From positions 101,005 to 165,004 of the forward strand of contig JACPTG010000001.1 of the NCBI GenBank assembly GCA_016192905.1: 64,000 bases of DNA. The letters run 5' to 3'. Origin of the DNA: Candidatus Woesearchaeota archaeon. GTDB lineage: Archaea; Nanobdellota; Nanobdellia; Woesearchaeales; UBA10216. Within the stretch, counting starts at the first letter, position 1. The number at the start of each line of letters is the position of its first letter. Positions 37,789 through 47,274 of this stretch are shown in pieces. The position numbers were made by a program, and so were the translations under genes. The notes under the pieces are model-generated. The model was given only the letters and a program-made list of their open reading frames with translations. It ran no database searches and had not been told where the DNA came from.

Positions 37789-38739
37789 TCACCTGCTGTG
37801 CGATATCCTGTGCGTCGCCTTGATTAGCCTTACAGTGCCTGACTTTGACCTGGTCACAATTGAATGTGTTATCGCGCCATCCCGCGTGAAATTCACGCCT
37901 TCCAGCAGCAGGCCGCTGACAACTCCTGTCGCTGCGAACACAACATTGTCCCCTTTTGCAAGGTCCTCTGTCCTGAACACCTTTTCAGGGTCCCTAATGC
38001 CCATTGACGCCGCGCGCTTCCGGTCAGCATCATCCTTGAAGGCAAACCTCGCCTGCATCTCGCCGCCGAGGCACCTTATTGCGGCAGCAGCCAGCACGCC
38101 TTCAGGCGCAGCGCCTATGCCAAGCAGCATGTCAACCGCGCAGTAATCAAGCGAAGGCGCAATAGCCCCGGACACATCGCCGTCAGGAATCAGCTGTATC
38201 CTCGCCCCTGTCTCCCTTATCTGCTTAATAAGCTGCTGGTGCCTGTCCCTCTCAAGCACCACGATGGTGACCTCACCCACATCCTTTTCAAGGGCATCAG
38301 CAACGGCCCGGATGTTTTCCGCAGGCGTGGCATCGAGGTCTATTTTTCCGCGGGCTTCAGGGCCGACGGCTATCTTATTCATGTAGGTGTCCGGAGCTCC
38401 GAGCAGGTTTCCCCTTGGAGCGGCCGCGAGCACAGAAATCGCATTTGGCCTACCATAGGCAACGCTGTTCGTGCACTCAAGGGGGTCCACTGCAATGTCC
38501 CACTTTAATCCCTTTCCGTTGCCGACCTTTTCACCAATGAACAGCATAGGCGCCTCATCCCTCTCACCCTCGCCAATGACTATGGTAGCGTCAATGTCAA
38601 TGTCATTGAACCTCTTCCGCATAAGATTGACCGCTGCCTGGTCTGCAGAATTCTTGTCACCCTTCCCAAGCCATTTCGCAGAGGCTATCGCCGCCTCCTC
38701 AGTAACCCTTACAAAGTCAAGAGCAAGATTCCTATCCAT
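37789..38739 (-). CDS. glpX: fructose-1,6-bisphosphatase class II (GlpX)
   Basis: LALDFVRVTEEAAIASAKWLGKGDKNSADQAAVNLMR...TIVIGEGERDEAPMLFIGEKVG is near-identical in pattern to E. coli GlpX. Confidence 0.85.
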   Translation of the reverse strand: MDRNLALDFVRVTEEAAIASAKWLGKGDKNSADQAAVNLMRKRFNDIDIDATIVIGEGERDEAPMLFIGEKVGNGKGLKWDIAVDPLECTNSVAYGRPNAISVLAAAPRGNLLGAPDTYMNKIAVGPEARGKIDLDATPAENIRAVADALEKDVGEVTIVVLERDRHQQLIKQIRETGARIQLIPDGDVSGAIAPSLDYCAVDMLLGIGAAPEGVLAAAAIRCLGGEMQARFAFKDDADRKRAASMGIRDPEKVFRTEDLAKGDNVVFAATGVVSGLLLEGVNFTRDGAITHSIVTRSKSGTVRLIKATHRISHSR

Positions 38740-38887
38740 AGGGACACCCCAAACATTGGCCTTTGCCTATGCTGTTTTTATATTTTGTCTTTGGCTACAC
38801 AGCAAACGCGCAAACACAAATCTTGATGCCTCTTTTTTCAGGCGGCAATTGCACAACGCTTAAATACGCTCCTGCTGTCCCGGGGAC

Positions 38888-40231
38888 ATGCTTGACCGGC
38901 TGGGCGAGTCGCTGAGGAAAAGCCTGGACAGGATAACAAAGGCCCTCTTTGTAGACGAAACGCTGGTCAATGAGCTTGTCAAGGACCTCCAGAAGGCATT
39001 TCTGTCTGCTGACGTGAATGTAAGGCTTGTCTTTGACCTTACAAAGCGGATTAAGGAGCGGGCTTTGAAGGAGGAACTCCCTGGCATAAGCAAAAGGGAG
39101 CTTCTTGTAAAGATAGTCTACGAGGAGCTTGCAAGGTTCCTTGGCGAAGAGGAGGCTTCAGTTGACACCTCCAGGAAACCTGCCAGCATAATGCTCGTTG
39201 GCCTTTTCGGCTCAGGAAAGACAACAACAGCCGGAAAGCTGGCGCTGTACTTCCAGAAAAGGGGCCTGAAGGCGGCCCTTGTGCAGCTTGACGTCTACAG
39301 GCCCGCAGCCTATGAGCAGCTATTGCAGCTTGGGAAGAAAATCAACGTGCCTGTGTTGGGAAACTCCAGGGAGAAGGACCCTATAAGGATTTACAATGCA
39401 AACGAGTACGACAAGTTTGACGTCGTCATCTTTGACACAGCCGGAAGGGACGCCCTCTCTGCCGACCTGATTAGTGAGCTTAAGGCAATAAGCAGCACAA
39501 TCCGGCCTTCTGAAACGCTTCTTGTCATCTCAGCCGACATAGGCCAGGCTGCTGAAAGGCAGGCACTGGCTTTCAATGACGCGAGCAAAATCACAGGGGT
39601 AATAATCACCAAGCTTGAGGGCACTGCAAAGGGCGGCGGGGCCCTTACAGCATGCGCTGCATCAGGCGCGCCTGTCAAGTTTATTGGTGTAGGGGAAAAG
39701 GCTGACGACCTTGAAAGATTCAACCCCAAGGGCTTTGTAGGCAGGCTCCTCGGAATGGGCGACATAGAGGCACTGCTTGAGAAGGCAAGGGAGGCCATGA
39801 CAGAGGAAGAAACCGAGGACCTCAGCCGCAGGCTGCTCAAGGGCGAATTCACTCTTCTGGACCTGTACGACCAGATGCAGGCAATGAAGAAGATGGGCCC
39901 GCTTAACAAAATCATGGAAATGGTCCCAGGCATGGGCCAGCTGAAGCTCCCGAAGGAGCTAATAGAAGTCCAGCAAAGCAAGCTTGAGCACTGGAAGACA
40001 GCAATGGACTCAATGACACAGAAAGAACTGGAGGACCCTGAGCTAATCGACACAAACAGGGCTGCCCGCATCTCAAAAGGCTCAGGAGTGCCCCAGGCAG
40101 AGATAAGAGAACTGATAAAGCAGTACAGGCAGGCCAAGAAGCTTGTGAAGATGTTCAAGGGCGGCACTGAGAAGGACATGAAAAAGATTATGAAAAGGAT
40201 GGGCATGCCAGGCAGCCTTCCAATGAAATAG
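38888..40231 (+). CDS. srp54: signal recognition particle protein SRP54
   Basis: G-domain GLFGSGKTTTAGKLA, DTAGR, LGMGD; Met-rich M-domain. Confidence 0.9.
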   Translation: MLDRLGESLRKSLDRITKALFVDETLVNELVKDLQKAFLSADVNVRLVFDLTKRIKERALKEELPGISKRELLVKIVYEELARFLGEEEASVDTSRKPASIMLVGLFGSGKTTTAGKLALYFQKRGLKAALVQLDVYRPAAYEQLLQLGKKINVPVLGNSREKDPIRIYNANEYDKFDVVIFDTAGRDALSADLISELKAISSTIRPSETLLVISADIGQAAERQALAFNDASKITGVIITKLEGTAKGGGALTACAASGAPVKFIGVGEKADDLERFNPKGFVGRLLGMGDIEALLEKAREAMTEEETEDLSRRLLKGEFTLLDLYDQMQAMKKMGPLNKIMEMVPGMGQLKLPKELIEVQQSKLEHWKTAMDSMTQKELEDPELIDTNRAARISKGSGVPQAEIRELIKQYRQAKKLVKMFKGGTEKDMKKIMKRMGMPGSLPMK

Positions 40232-40262
40232 GCGTTATTTTTTAAACAACTGCTGATTCTCC

Positions 40263-40565
40263 TTGTTCATGCCAGACTACAACCAAATTCTAGGCGGGCT
40301 TGAGAGAATCACCAAAGAAAGAGGCTTCCAGGTTGCTGCAGCCCCGGTTTTAATCAGTCTACGCGAGAGTCCATGGGTGGATAACAAACTGTGGATTGGC
40401 GCTGTAGATTACACCGTGAGTAAGGATGCTGGTGGCAACGAACCCCATCCTGCGGTTCATATAATCCAGACTGCCCATGTCGAACTTTCCACGCGAATTC
40501 CGGGAGCAATTCCCGACCCTGTTTGGAGAAATACGGCCAATTACAGATGCGGGTCTCGCAATTAG
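40263..40565 (+). CDS. hypothetical protein
   Basis: 100 aa ORF. Confidence 0.25.
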   Translation: MFMPDYNQILGGLERITKERGFQVAAAPVLISLRESPWVDNKLWIGAVDYTVSKDAGGNEPHPAVHIIQTAHVELSTRIPGAIPDPVWRNTANYRCGSRN

Positions 40566-40809
40566 CTATTCCCTTTGCCTTTCCCTGAGAGGCGAGAACC
40601 AAGAATTTATTTCGTATGCGCAAATCGGGCCAACCTGACAGGTCATTGGCGGCTCCCGGGAATTCGCAGCTCTAGACTATGAGACCGTGTTTAACCGAAT
40701 GCTGAACAGTATCGAAGCAACAGTTGCCAGGTAGTTGGCGCACGTATTCCTGGGTAAATATATAAAGCTGCCTCTTATTTCATTCTTATTGCCAGGAGCG
40801 TTTCCTTAT

Positions 40810-40903
40810 GCCGGGATCGCATAACCTGGCATTGCGCAGGCCTGGAATTTTTTCCGCAAGCCTGGCCCTCACGGGCGTCTGGGTTCAAATCCCAGTCCCG
40901 GCG
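40810..40903 (+). tRNA. tRNA-Ser(GGA), class II with a long variable arm and a putative intron of about 11 nt
   Basis: GCCGGGA..anticodon stem CAGGC/GCCTG around CTGGAA[TTTTTTCCGCA]A; variable arm GCCC TCAC GGGC; T-arm CTGGG TTCAAAT CCCAG; TCCCGGC G. Confidence 0.5.
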
Positions 40904-41237
40904 TGTTTTTTCACAAAGTAAGCGGATGGCTAAAAGCCATACAAGGATATTGCTGAGAAACTTCCCAATCAGCTTGCCGAAAGCCCTCTGGTTCTGCTTG
41001 TTGCTGCAAGTGGGAAAAAGGATCAACAGGTTACAATAGGTCATATCAAGGAAAACCTGAACGAGTTTAGAGCCGTTGCTGAAAAACTCTAAGCCAAGCG
41101 CCTATACCTGCCATTTTTCAGGTCATCCAGACTATTTGCAAACTGCCTTGCAAGCTCAAAGTCTATTGCTTCGAGCTGCTTTAGCCTTAAGTATTCCTGC
41201 CTGGGTATGGTAACTGTTTCCATTAAATTAGAAAAAT

Positions 41238-41453
41238 TTACTGCATCGTTCCTTTTCTCGCCTCTGCAACCCCGCGCTCAATCTCCTTCCATCCATCAGC
41301 AGGCATGCTCTCCCATATCCCGGCATAATCCAGAAGGCGTTTCTTTTTGCCAAAGCCTTCCACAATTAGCTCGGAGAAGCTTTCGCCTGGCCGCTTGTTC
41401 CTCAGCAGCAGCTTGTAGGCCTCCTCTGTAAGCGATATGGTCTTTTTGGCCAT
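41238..41453 (-). CDS. putative antitoxin (RHH/VapB-like), orphan
   Basis: MAKKTISLTEEAYKLLLRNKRPGESFSELI, typical small antitoxin family; no adjacent PIN gene. Confidence 0.4.
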   Translation of the reverse strand: MAKKTISLTEEAYKLLLRNKRPGESFSELIVEGFGKKKRLLDYAGIWESMPADGWKEIERGVAEARKGTMQ

Positions 41454-41541
41454 GGGTATGGGTATGATACACAGTGTTTAAACTTTACGCTAAATCTGGG
41501 ATTATCACAGCATATTTAAGGGTGAAAATTTTCCCGCCCTA

Positions 41542-42231
41542 ATGCCCGACACCCTTACATTGGAGATTGAGAAGCAGGCAAAGGCAAGAGGCCTTTACGA
41601 CATGCTGGAAGTGTATTATAGAATCAGGGCGGTTGGACTTCCTGGCCGGGTTGATGCAATTTTTCTTGTCCCGAACACTCAGGATAATGAGTGGTCTATC
41701 TTTACAGGAGCCAAAAGTCTTGAATGGCTATCACAGATGTTTCTGATTCTGGACGGGGCAGAGGCCAACGGGTACCCTGGCTTTGAAAACTGGTACAGGA
41801 GATTTTCAGACTATGTTAACAGTGAAAGGATCAGGATGGTTCCCATAGCAGACAGGCATAAGGTAAACACCCTTTCAAAGTTTAAGGCGCTGGTTCCCTG
41901 GGCAATGGAGCAGGGAATTACTTCTGTCTGCCTTGTCCCAGCTCCCTTCCATTACCTTCGTAGTTTTATGACGGCCGCAAGCGTTGCGATAAGGGAAGGC
42001 GTTGCCATAGGGGGAGTTCCAGAGCTTCGGATATATACCCATGCCGGAGCAGAGCAGCCATGGGATGAGGTGGTTTATCATTCACAGGGCACTAAAAGGA
42101 ATACAAGGCGGGGTTTTGTCGGGGGTGAGCTTGACGAGATTGTCAAATACCAGCGTGATGAAAAAGATGGCTTACCAAACAGCATCGAGCCTACTGCAAG
42201 AATACTGGAATATGTTGGGACTCTTGCATGA
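41542..42231 (+). CDS. hypothetical protein
   Basis: 229 aa ORF. Confidence 0.35.
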   Translation: MPDTLTLEIEKQAKARGLYDMLEVYYRIRAVGLPGRVDAIFLVPNTQDNEWSIFTGAKSLEWLSQMFLILDGAEANGYPGFENWYRRFSDYVNSERIRMVPIADRHKVNTLSKFKALVPWAMEQGITSVCLVPAPFHYLRSFMTAASVAIREGVAIGGVPELRIYTHAGAEQPWDEVVYHSQGTKRNTRRGFVGGELDEIVKYQRDEKDGLPNSIEPTARILEYVGTLA

Positions 42232-42262
42232 TGTTATAGTAAATCTCGCAAATGTTCATTAT

Positions 42263-43039
42263 TTACCGAGATTCGCTATTATACGCTGGCGCAGGCTGGG
42301 GAACCATGTACCCAAGAGCCTGGCTGACCTTGGCAAAGCTTCTTGCAATTCTTTCCCTTAGCGGGTCCTTTGGAGGCCCAAAGTCACAGCGGTTTCTTAA
42401 GTAATGATACGTGACAGCTCCCAGGTAAAATAAACCTCCGGCAAAATTAACCGCGCCCCTAAATTGTGCATCCCTGTCTTCAGTCATTAAGCCATATGCA
42501 AAATCGCCCGCGCCCTTGAATAAGCCGATTGAGCCAAATGCATAAAAAGGCAATAACTGATACTGCTGATTTCTTTTTAGTATTTCTTTGGCTCCTGCCT
42601 CTGGAAACCCAGAATTGTTGGTCAAGAAAAGGTCAAATCCAACGGTTGTTGCGTAAAAAACAGCACATTGAAGGGAGCTTGCAATTATGCCTGCCGGGTC
42701 ATTGAGTGCGTATAATCCAAATGAAGGTATCGTAACCGCCCCAATCGCAGTTGTCAAATTGTCGATATGCAGGCCTGTCTTTTCCTGAAAGCCGTTGCCT
42801 ATCCTGCTGTTTAGCCGCAATGCCAACCGGTCCAGGAATCCAAATACTGTAAAGTCATTAGGCCCATTCAGCTTTTGTTCAAGTGACATGCAAAAAAACA
42901 AAAAAGCAGGGTTTAATAATCTTTGCTTTTTTGTTACTATTAAGTTAAGAATATGAACCCACCTACAATGATTGGTTTGTGAAGATGAGGAAGGGGTGAA
43001 CGAAAAACGCAGAGTTAGCCTGCAAAAAAAGTTTTGCAC
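42263..43039 (-). CDS. hypothetical protein
   Basis: 258 aa ORF. Confidence 0.35.
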   Translation of the reverse strand: MQNFFCRLTLRFSFTPSSSSQTNHCRWVHILNLIVTKKQRLLNPAFLFFCMSLEQKLNGPNDFTVFGFLDRLALRLNSRIGNGFQEKTGLHIDNLTTAIGAVTIPSFGLYALNDPAGIIASSLQCAVFYATTVGFDLFLTNNSGFPEAGAKEILKRNQQYQLLPFYAFGSIGLFKGAGDFAYGLMTEDRDAQFRGAVNFAGGLFYLGAVTYHYLRNRCDFGPPKDPLRERIARSFAKVSQALGYMVPQPAPAYNSESR

Positions 43040-43073
43040 AAGATTTATATATAATTACTTCTAATTATTGTAA

Positions 43074-43283
43074 ATGACTGAGGGCATTTCCCTGGTAATT
43101 ACAGAGCATGCGAGGGAACAAATGTTCAACAGGGGCATAGATGAGGATCAAATAAAGCAGGCGATTAGGATGGGCGCAAGGTTCAGGCAAACTGACGGGT
43201 TTAAATCAGTTTATACCTACATAGGGGTTTGCTATAAAATAATCGGGAGCAAATACATAGTAAAGACCATAACAATCGAATAG
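43074..43283 (+). CDS. DUF4258-family toxin-like protein
   Basis: ITEHAREQMFNRGIDEDQIKQAI matches the DUF4258 H-x-x-x-R...RGI motif; 69 aa; 8 nt upstream of the zinc-ribbon antitoxin. Confidence 0.5.
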   Translation: MTEGISLVITEHAREQMFNRGIDEDQIKQAIRMGARFRQTDGFKSVYTYIGVCYKIIGSKYIVKTITIE

Positions 43284-43291
43284 GTGATGAA

Positions 43292-43624
43292 ATGACAAAA
43301 TGCTACATTTGCGGCAAATGGGAACTAAAGGCAATTGTAAAGCCCTATGTCCTGTACGGCGAAAGCCTTGGAGATTTTGAGGCAGAACAGTGCAGCAAAT
43401 GCGGCGAAGTTTTCTACAATGAGGAGGCTTCACGCAAAATGACAGATTCTGCCAAGAAAAAGGGGCTTTGGGGGCTGAATGCCGAAGGCAAAATCGGCCA
43501 GTCAGGGACTACACTTGATGTCAGGCTGCCCAAAAGGATAATTGACTTCATGGACATAAAAAAAGGCAAGCCTGTAAAAATATACCCCGAAAGCAGGAGC
43601 AGGATAGTTATTGAGCTTGGATAA
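43292..43624 (+). CDS. YgiT-type zinc finger (MqsA-like) antitoxin with an AbrB/SpoVT-like C-terminus
   Basis: CYICG...CSKCGEVFYNEE zinc ribbon, KKGLWGL, C-terminal DVRLPKRIIDFMDIKKGKPVKIYPESRSRIVIE swapped-hairpin-like. Confidence 0.55.
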   Translation: MTKCYICGKWELKAIVKPYVLYGESLGDFEAEQCSKCGEVFYNEEASRKMTDSAKKKGLWGLNAEGKIGQSGTTLDVRLPKRIIDFMDIKKGKPVKIYPESRSRIVIELG

Positions 43625-43669
43625 CTAGCAGGTGAAACCCTTATATACCGGCAGCCTTCGGGCATCCTG

Positions 43670-45508
43670 ATGCGGCTATTCCCTTATGAGCAGGTCCGGG
43701 ACGGGCAGAAGCTTTTCATGGAGGACGTTTACAGCGCAGTCTCATCAGGAAAATGCCTTGTGGCCCATGCGCCTACAGGGCTTGGAAAGACCGCTGCTGC
43801 ATTGTCGCCTGCGCTTGAGTTGGCCATTGAGAAAGGGCTGACTGTCTTCTTCCTGACTTCAAGGCAGACCCAGCACGCAATCGCAGTGGAAACGCTTGCG
43901 AGGATAAGGCTCAGGCATAAAGCAAGGTTTGCCGCAACCGACATCGTAGGCAAGAAAAACATGTGCGCCCAGCCAGGAGTCCAGGCTTTGCCTGTCAGCC
44001 AGTTCCACGAGTACTGCAGGTCATTAAGGCAGAATAACCAGTGCAGGTTTTACACTAACTTGAGGAGAAGCGGCGAGATTTCCAATGAGGCTCAGGCGGC
44101 TGTTTCCGGGCTGAAGGCTGACGTGCTGCATTCAGAGCAGGCTGTTGAGCTTGGGAAGAAATGGAGCGTCTGCCCCTATGAGGCCTCTGCACTTGCCTCC
44201 TCGGATGCCTCAGTAATCATAGCCGATTACTACTACCTTTTCCATCCGAAGATAAGGGAGGGCTTCCTCAGGAAGACCGGCAAGTCGCTTCAGGAATCCA
44301 TAATCATCATTGACGAGGGCCACAACCTGCCGGACCGGATGAGGGAGATGCTTACTTCCAGAATTTCGTCATTTGTCCTGGAAAGGGCAGCCGGAGAAGC
44401 GAAGAGAACCGGCGGCCCAATGGCAGAGGAGTTTATTTCAAGTTTAAGGAGGGCAGTGAGCTCAAACTCGGATAATGATGGGGAGAGGATAGTAAAGAAA
44501 GCTGACCTCACCAACGCGTTGAATGGCTTTGACATCGTATCCTGCCTGAAACTCCTTGAGACAATCGCTGACTCTGTAAGGGAGGAGGACCGACAAAGCT
44601 ACTGCGGCTCTGTAGCCGACTTTGTGGCTGCATGGGTTTCAGGCAGCGATGATGGCTTTGCCCGAATCTTCTCAAGGTCAGGCCGGGCCTTTTCATTATC
44701 ATTCAAGTGCCTTGACCCTGGAATTGAGACCGGAAAGGTCATTGCGCAGGCGCATAGCGTGGTCATTATGAGCGGAACGCTGCTGCCAACCTCCATGTAC
44801 AGGGAAATCCTTGGCTTTCCTGAAGGGACTGTGGAGCGCCAGTACAGGAACCCGTTCCCGCGGGGCAACAGGCTGCCGATGATAGTAAATTCCGTAACAA
44901 CCCAGTACAGCCTGCGCTCTGACGAGGAATTCAGGCGAATAGCAGAGGTATGCATCCAGGCATCAAGGGAAATCCCAGGCAACATGGCAGTCTATTTCCC
45001 AAGCTACCAGCTTCTGGGCGAAGTCCACAGGCATGTGTACGGAAAGGTTGACAAGCTGATATTCACAGAAATGCCCAACATCAGCAAGGAAGAAAAGGCA
45101 AGGCTCTTGTCGGATTACAAGGCCTGCTTTCTCCGCGGCGGCCTCCTCATGGCAGTCATTGGAGGAAGCTTCAGCGAAGGCATTGATTTGCCCGGCAACC
45201 TCCTAAATGGCGTGCTGATAGTCGGCCTGCCGCTTGCGCAGCCAGACCTCTACACAAGCGAGCTGATAAGGTTTTATGACACAAGATATGGAAAGGGCTG
45301 GGACTATGGCTATGTTTTCCCTGCCTTCACAAAAGCCCTGCAGTCAGCCGGAAGGTGCATCAGAAGCGAAAATGACCGGGGGGCAATGCTATTCCTGGAC
45401 AGAAGGTATGCCTGGCCCAGGTACTATTCCCTGTTCCCAGGAGACCTTCGGCCTACGGTTACCAGGGAATTCGTCCCAAAGCTACGGGATTTCTTCAAGC
45501 CTCAATAA
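43670..45508 (+). CDS. xpd: XPD/Rad3-family DNA helicase
   Basis: Walker A HAPTGLGKT, DEAH box IIDEGHNL, four-Cys FeS domain (KNMCAQ...EYCRSL..NQCRFY..WSVCPYE); 612 aa. Confidence 0.8.
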   Translation: MRLFPYEQVRDGQKLFMEDVYSAVSSGKCLVAHAPTGLGKTAAALSPALELAIEKGLTVFFLTSRQTQHAIAVETLARIRLRHKARFAATDIVGKKNMCAQPGVQALPVSQFHEYCRSLRQNNQCRFYTNLRRSGEISNEAQAAVSGLKADVLHSEQAVELGKKWSVCPYEASALASSDASVIIADYYYLFHPKIREGFLRKTGKSLQESIIIIDEGHNLPDRMREMLTSRISSFVLERAAGEAKRTGGPMAEEFISSLRRAVSSNSDNDGERIVKKADLTNALNGFDIVSCLKLLETIADSVREEDRQSYCGSVADFVAAWVSGSDDGFARIFSRSGRAFSLSFKCLDPGIETGKVIAQAHSVVIMSGTLLPTSMYREILGFPEGTVERQYRNPFPRGNRLPMIVNSVTTQYSLRSDEEFRRIAEVCIQASREIPGNMAVYFPSYQLLGEVHRHVYGKVDKLIFTEMPNISKEEKARLLSDYKACFLRGGLLMAVIGGSFSEGIDLPGNLLNGVLIVGLPLAQPDLYTSELIRFYDTRYGKGWDYGYVFPAFTKALQSAGRCIRSENDRGAMLFLDRRYAWPRYYSLFPGDLRPTVTREFVPKLRDFFKPQ

Positions 45509-46317
45509 ATCCCGCCTGCAACTTCCCCTCCCACCTCTGCCTGGTTTCCGGAAGTTGCCCTTGTCCTCGCACTGGAACCTATTCCGATGCTCAGGCGGCC
45601 AGCACTAACTGTAACGTTGGCATCAGCCGGAATGCCGAGGCCAACGCCCACATTGCCATTTAAATCCATGCCAACCTTAACCCTGGTCCTCACCGAGCCG
45701 CCTGAAACGATTGCCTCATTACCCCGCACAGTTACCTGCGCATTCTCCCGGGTCTCCAACTGCACGACCGGAGCCATTACATACTCGCCCTGGCCAGTTG
45801 TGTGCAGCGACTCATCTGCCTGGAAGTCAAAAACAGCAACAGCAGTTGAATTCGCCTTCACTGTGAATTCGCCCTTTATCTTAAGCTCATTGGAAGGCAG
45901 CTTTGCCTCGTGGTCGCCCTCAGAATCGGTAACGACCACCTTTGAAATTCCAAGCCTGACCTCATTATAATTGCCCTCCCACAGGGCTGCGTCAGCCATG
46001 ACCGCCTGCTTTCCCTCTGCCTTCAGCTGCAGCAGGTCATAAGTTTGCCTTGACGAGGACAAGTCAACCCAGCTTCCTGCCTCTGACCTCGCCCTTACAC
46101 TGTCAACAGTCACCTTCACGCTGGTTACCGCGGCCATATCTGCGGCTGCATCTGTCATCGTGTATACGGCCCTTCCGGACTGCTGCGACGTGCCTCCAGA
46201 TGAGCCTGAGCTGCTACTCTGGTAGTTGCCCTCCGCGCATCCAGCCAGCAGCAGAACTGCAAATACAGCTAAAACTGAAAGAATTTTCATGGTTTGCACC
46301 CCTCCGAGTTTACCCAT
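45502..46317 (-). CDS. secreted lipoprotein-like protein (DUF4382-like)
   Basis: Signal MKILSVLAVFAVLLLAGC followed by a Ser/Gly-rich linker. Confidence 0.45.
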   Translation of the reverse strand: MGKLGGVQTMKILSVLAVFAVLLLAGCAEGNYQSSSSGSSGGTSQQSGRAVYTMTDAAADMAAVTSVKVTVDSVRARSEAGSWVDLSSSRQTYDLLQLKAEGKQAVMADAALWEGNYNEVRLGISKVVVTDSEGDHEAKLPSNELKIKGEFTVKANSTAVAVFDFQADESLHTTGQGEYVMAPVVQLETRENAQVTVRGNEAIVSGGSVRTRVKVGMDLNGNVGVGLGIPADANVTVSAGRLSIGIGSSARTRATSGNQAEVGGEVAGGIY

Positions 46318-46412
46318 TTACTGATGAGCATGCTTCGCCCCTTTATAAGGCTTTATTAATAACTTTTATAAATTCCCGGGATTTAGCGCTTTTCCTGACC
46401 GGGACGAAAACT

Positions 46413-46487
46413 GCCTCGCTGGTGTAGTCCGGCCAATCATGCGGCCCTCTCGAGGCCGCGACCTGGGTTCAAATCCCAGGCGAGGCA
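46413..46487 (+). tRNA. tRNA-Glu(CTC)
   Basis: GCCTCGC acceptor; anticodon arm CGGCC CTCTCGA GGCCG; T-arm CTGGG TTCAAAT CCCAG; GCGAGGC A; 75 nt. Confidence 0.65.
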
Positions 46488-46656
46488 TTTTTAACGCAGT
46501 ATAAGAATGCCGAGAAGAGGCCTTTGATTTTCATGCAGCAAATAGCAGGTATTACCAATGGCGATTATTCTTTATACGCGTCCTTTCTGTGATCAAAACA
46601 GTTGATAATTATTTTATCCTCCTTTTTGAATTCTTCAGAAAATAGAAGATGCATTT

Positions 46657-46932
46657 TTATGCCATCAATAAGTCGTCAATCTCCTCATCACCCATAGCAG
46701 TATCTGCATCAACGAACCTGCCTTCCTTAATCTGTTCCTCGCTTCTCCTGATTTTTTCAATACGGAGCATATCGTCCCTCAGCGCCTCCTGCCTGATTTG
46801 CTTCAGCATAATGTTCCCACCTTCATTAAAAACTATGAATTTTGCAGATGGCTTAATGCCCGCGTCTTTCCTGACTTCCACAGGTATTACCACCTGGCCA
46901 TTCCTTGAAATTTTAGTTATGGACACTTCCAT
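46657..46932 (-). CDS. AbrB/SpoVT-family DNA-binding protein (antitoxin-like)
   Basis: MEVSITKISRNGQVVIPVEVRKDAGIKPSAKFIVFNEGGNIMLK swapped-hairpin domain. Confidence 0.6.
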   Translation of the reverse strand: MEVSITKISRNGQVVIPVEVRKDAGIKPSAKFIVFNEGGNIMLKQIRQEALRDDMLRIEKIRRSEEQIKEGRFVDADTAMGDEEIDDLLMA

Positions 46933-47090
46933 AATTACCGCCTGTTTTAATATTTAATGCTGAATAATAGGCGCTGCGCTCACGAAGCTTGTCCAGTCCA
47001 TGGTCAATGACATAACAATGCCGTTCCTGAGGAGAAGGTCGCCAGGAAATAGCAAAGGCATAAAAATCAGGGATTTCTACACAGCGCTGT

Positions 47091-47191
47091 GCCAGGTTGG
47101 CAGAATCCGGCTATTGCGGCGGTCTCGAAGCGTTTACGCTGGGTGAACCGTTGCCCGAAAGGGCTTCCAGGTTCAAATCCTGGGCCTGGCG
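47091..47191 (+). tRNA. tRNA-Ser(CGA), class II with a putative 16-nt intron; integration target
   Basis: GCCAGGT..anticodon stem GCGGT/ACCGT around CTCGAA[GCGTTTACGCTGGGTG]A; variable arm GCCC GAAA GGGC; T-arm CCAGG TTCAAAT CCTGG; GCCTGGC G73. Confidence 0.55.
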
Positions 47192-47274
47192 TGAGAACCA
47201 TATGGCGTATATCCAGATTTAATACGGAGAAACAAGCTCCGTATTAACTGGTTTATTAAGCCGTTTGCTATTTC

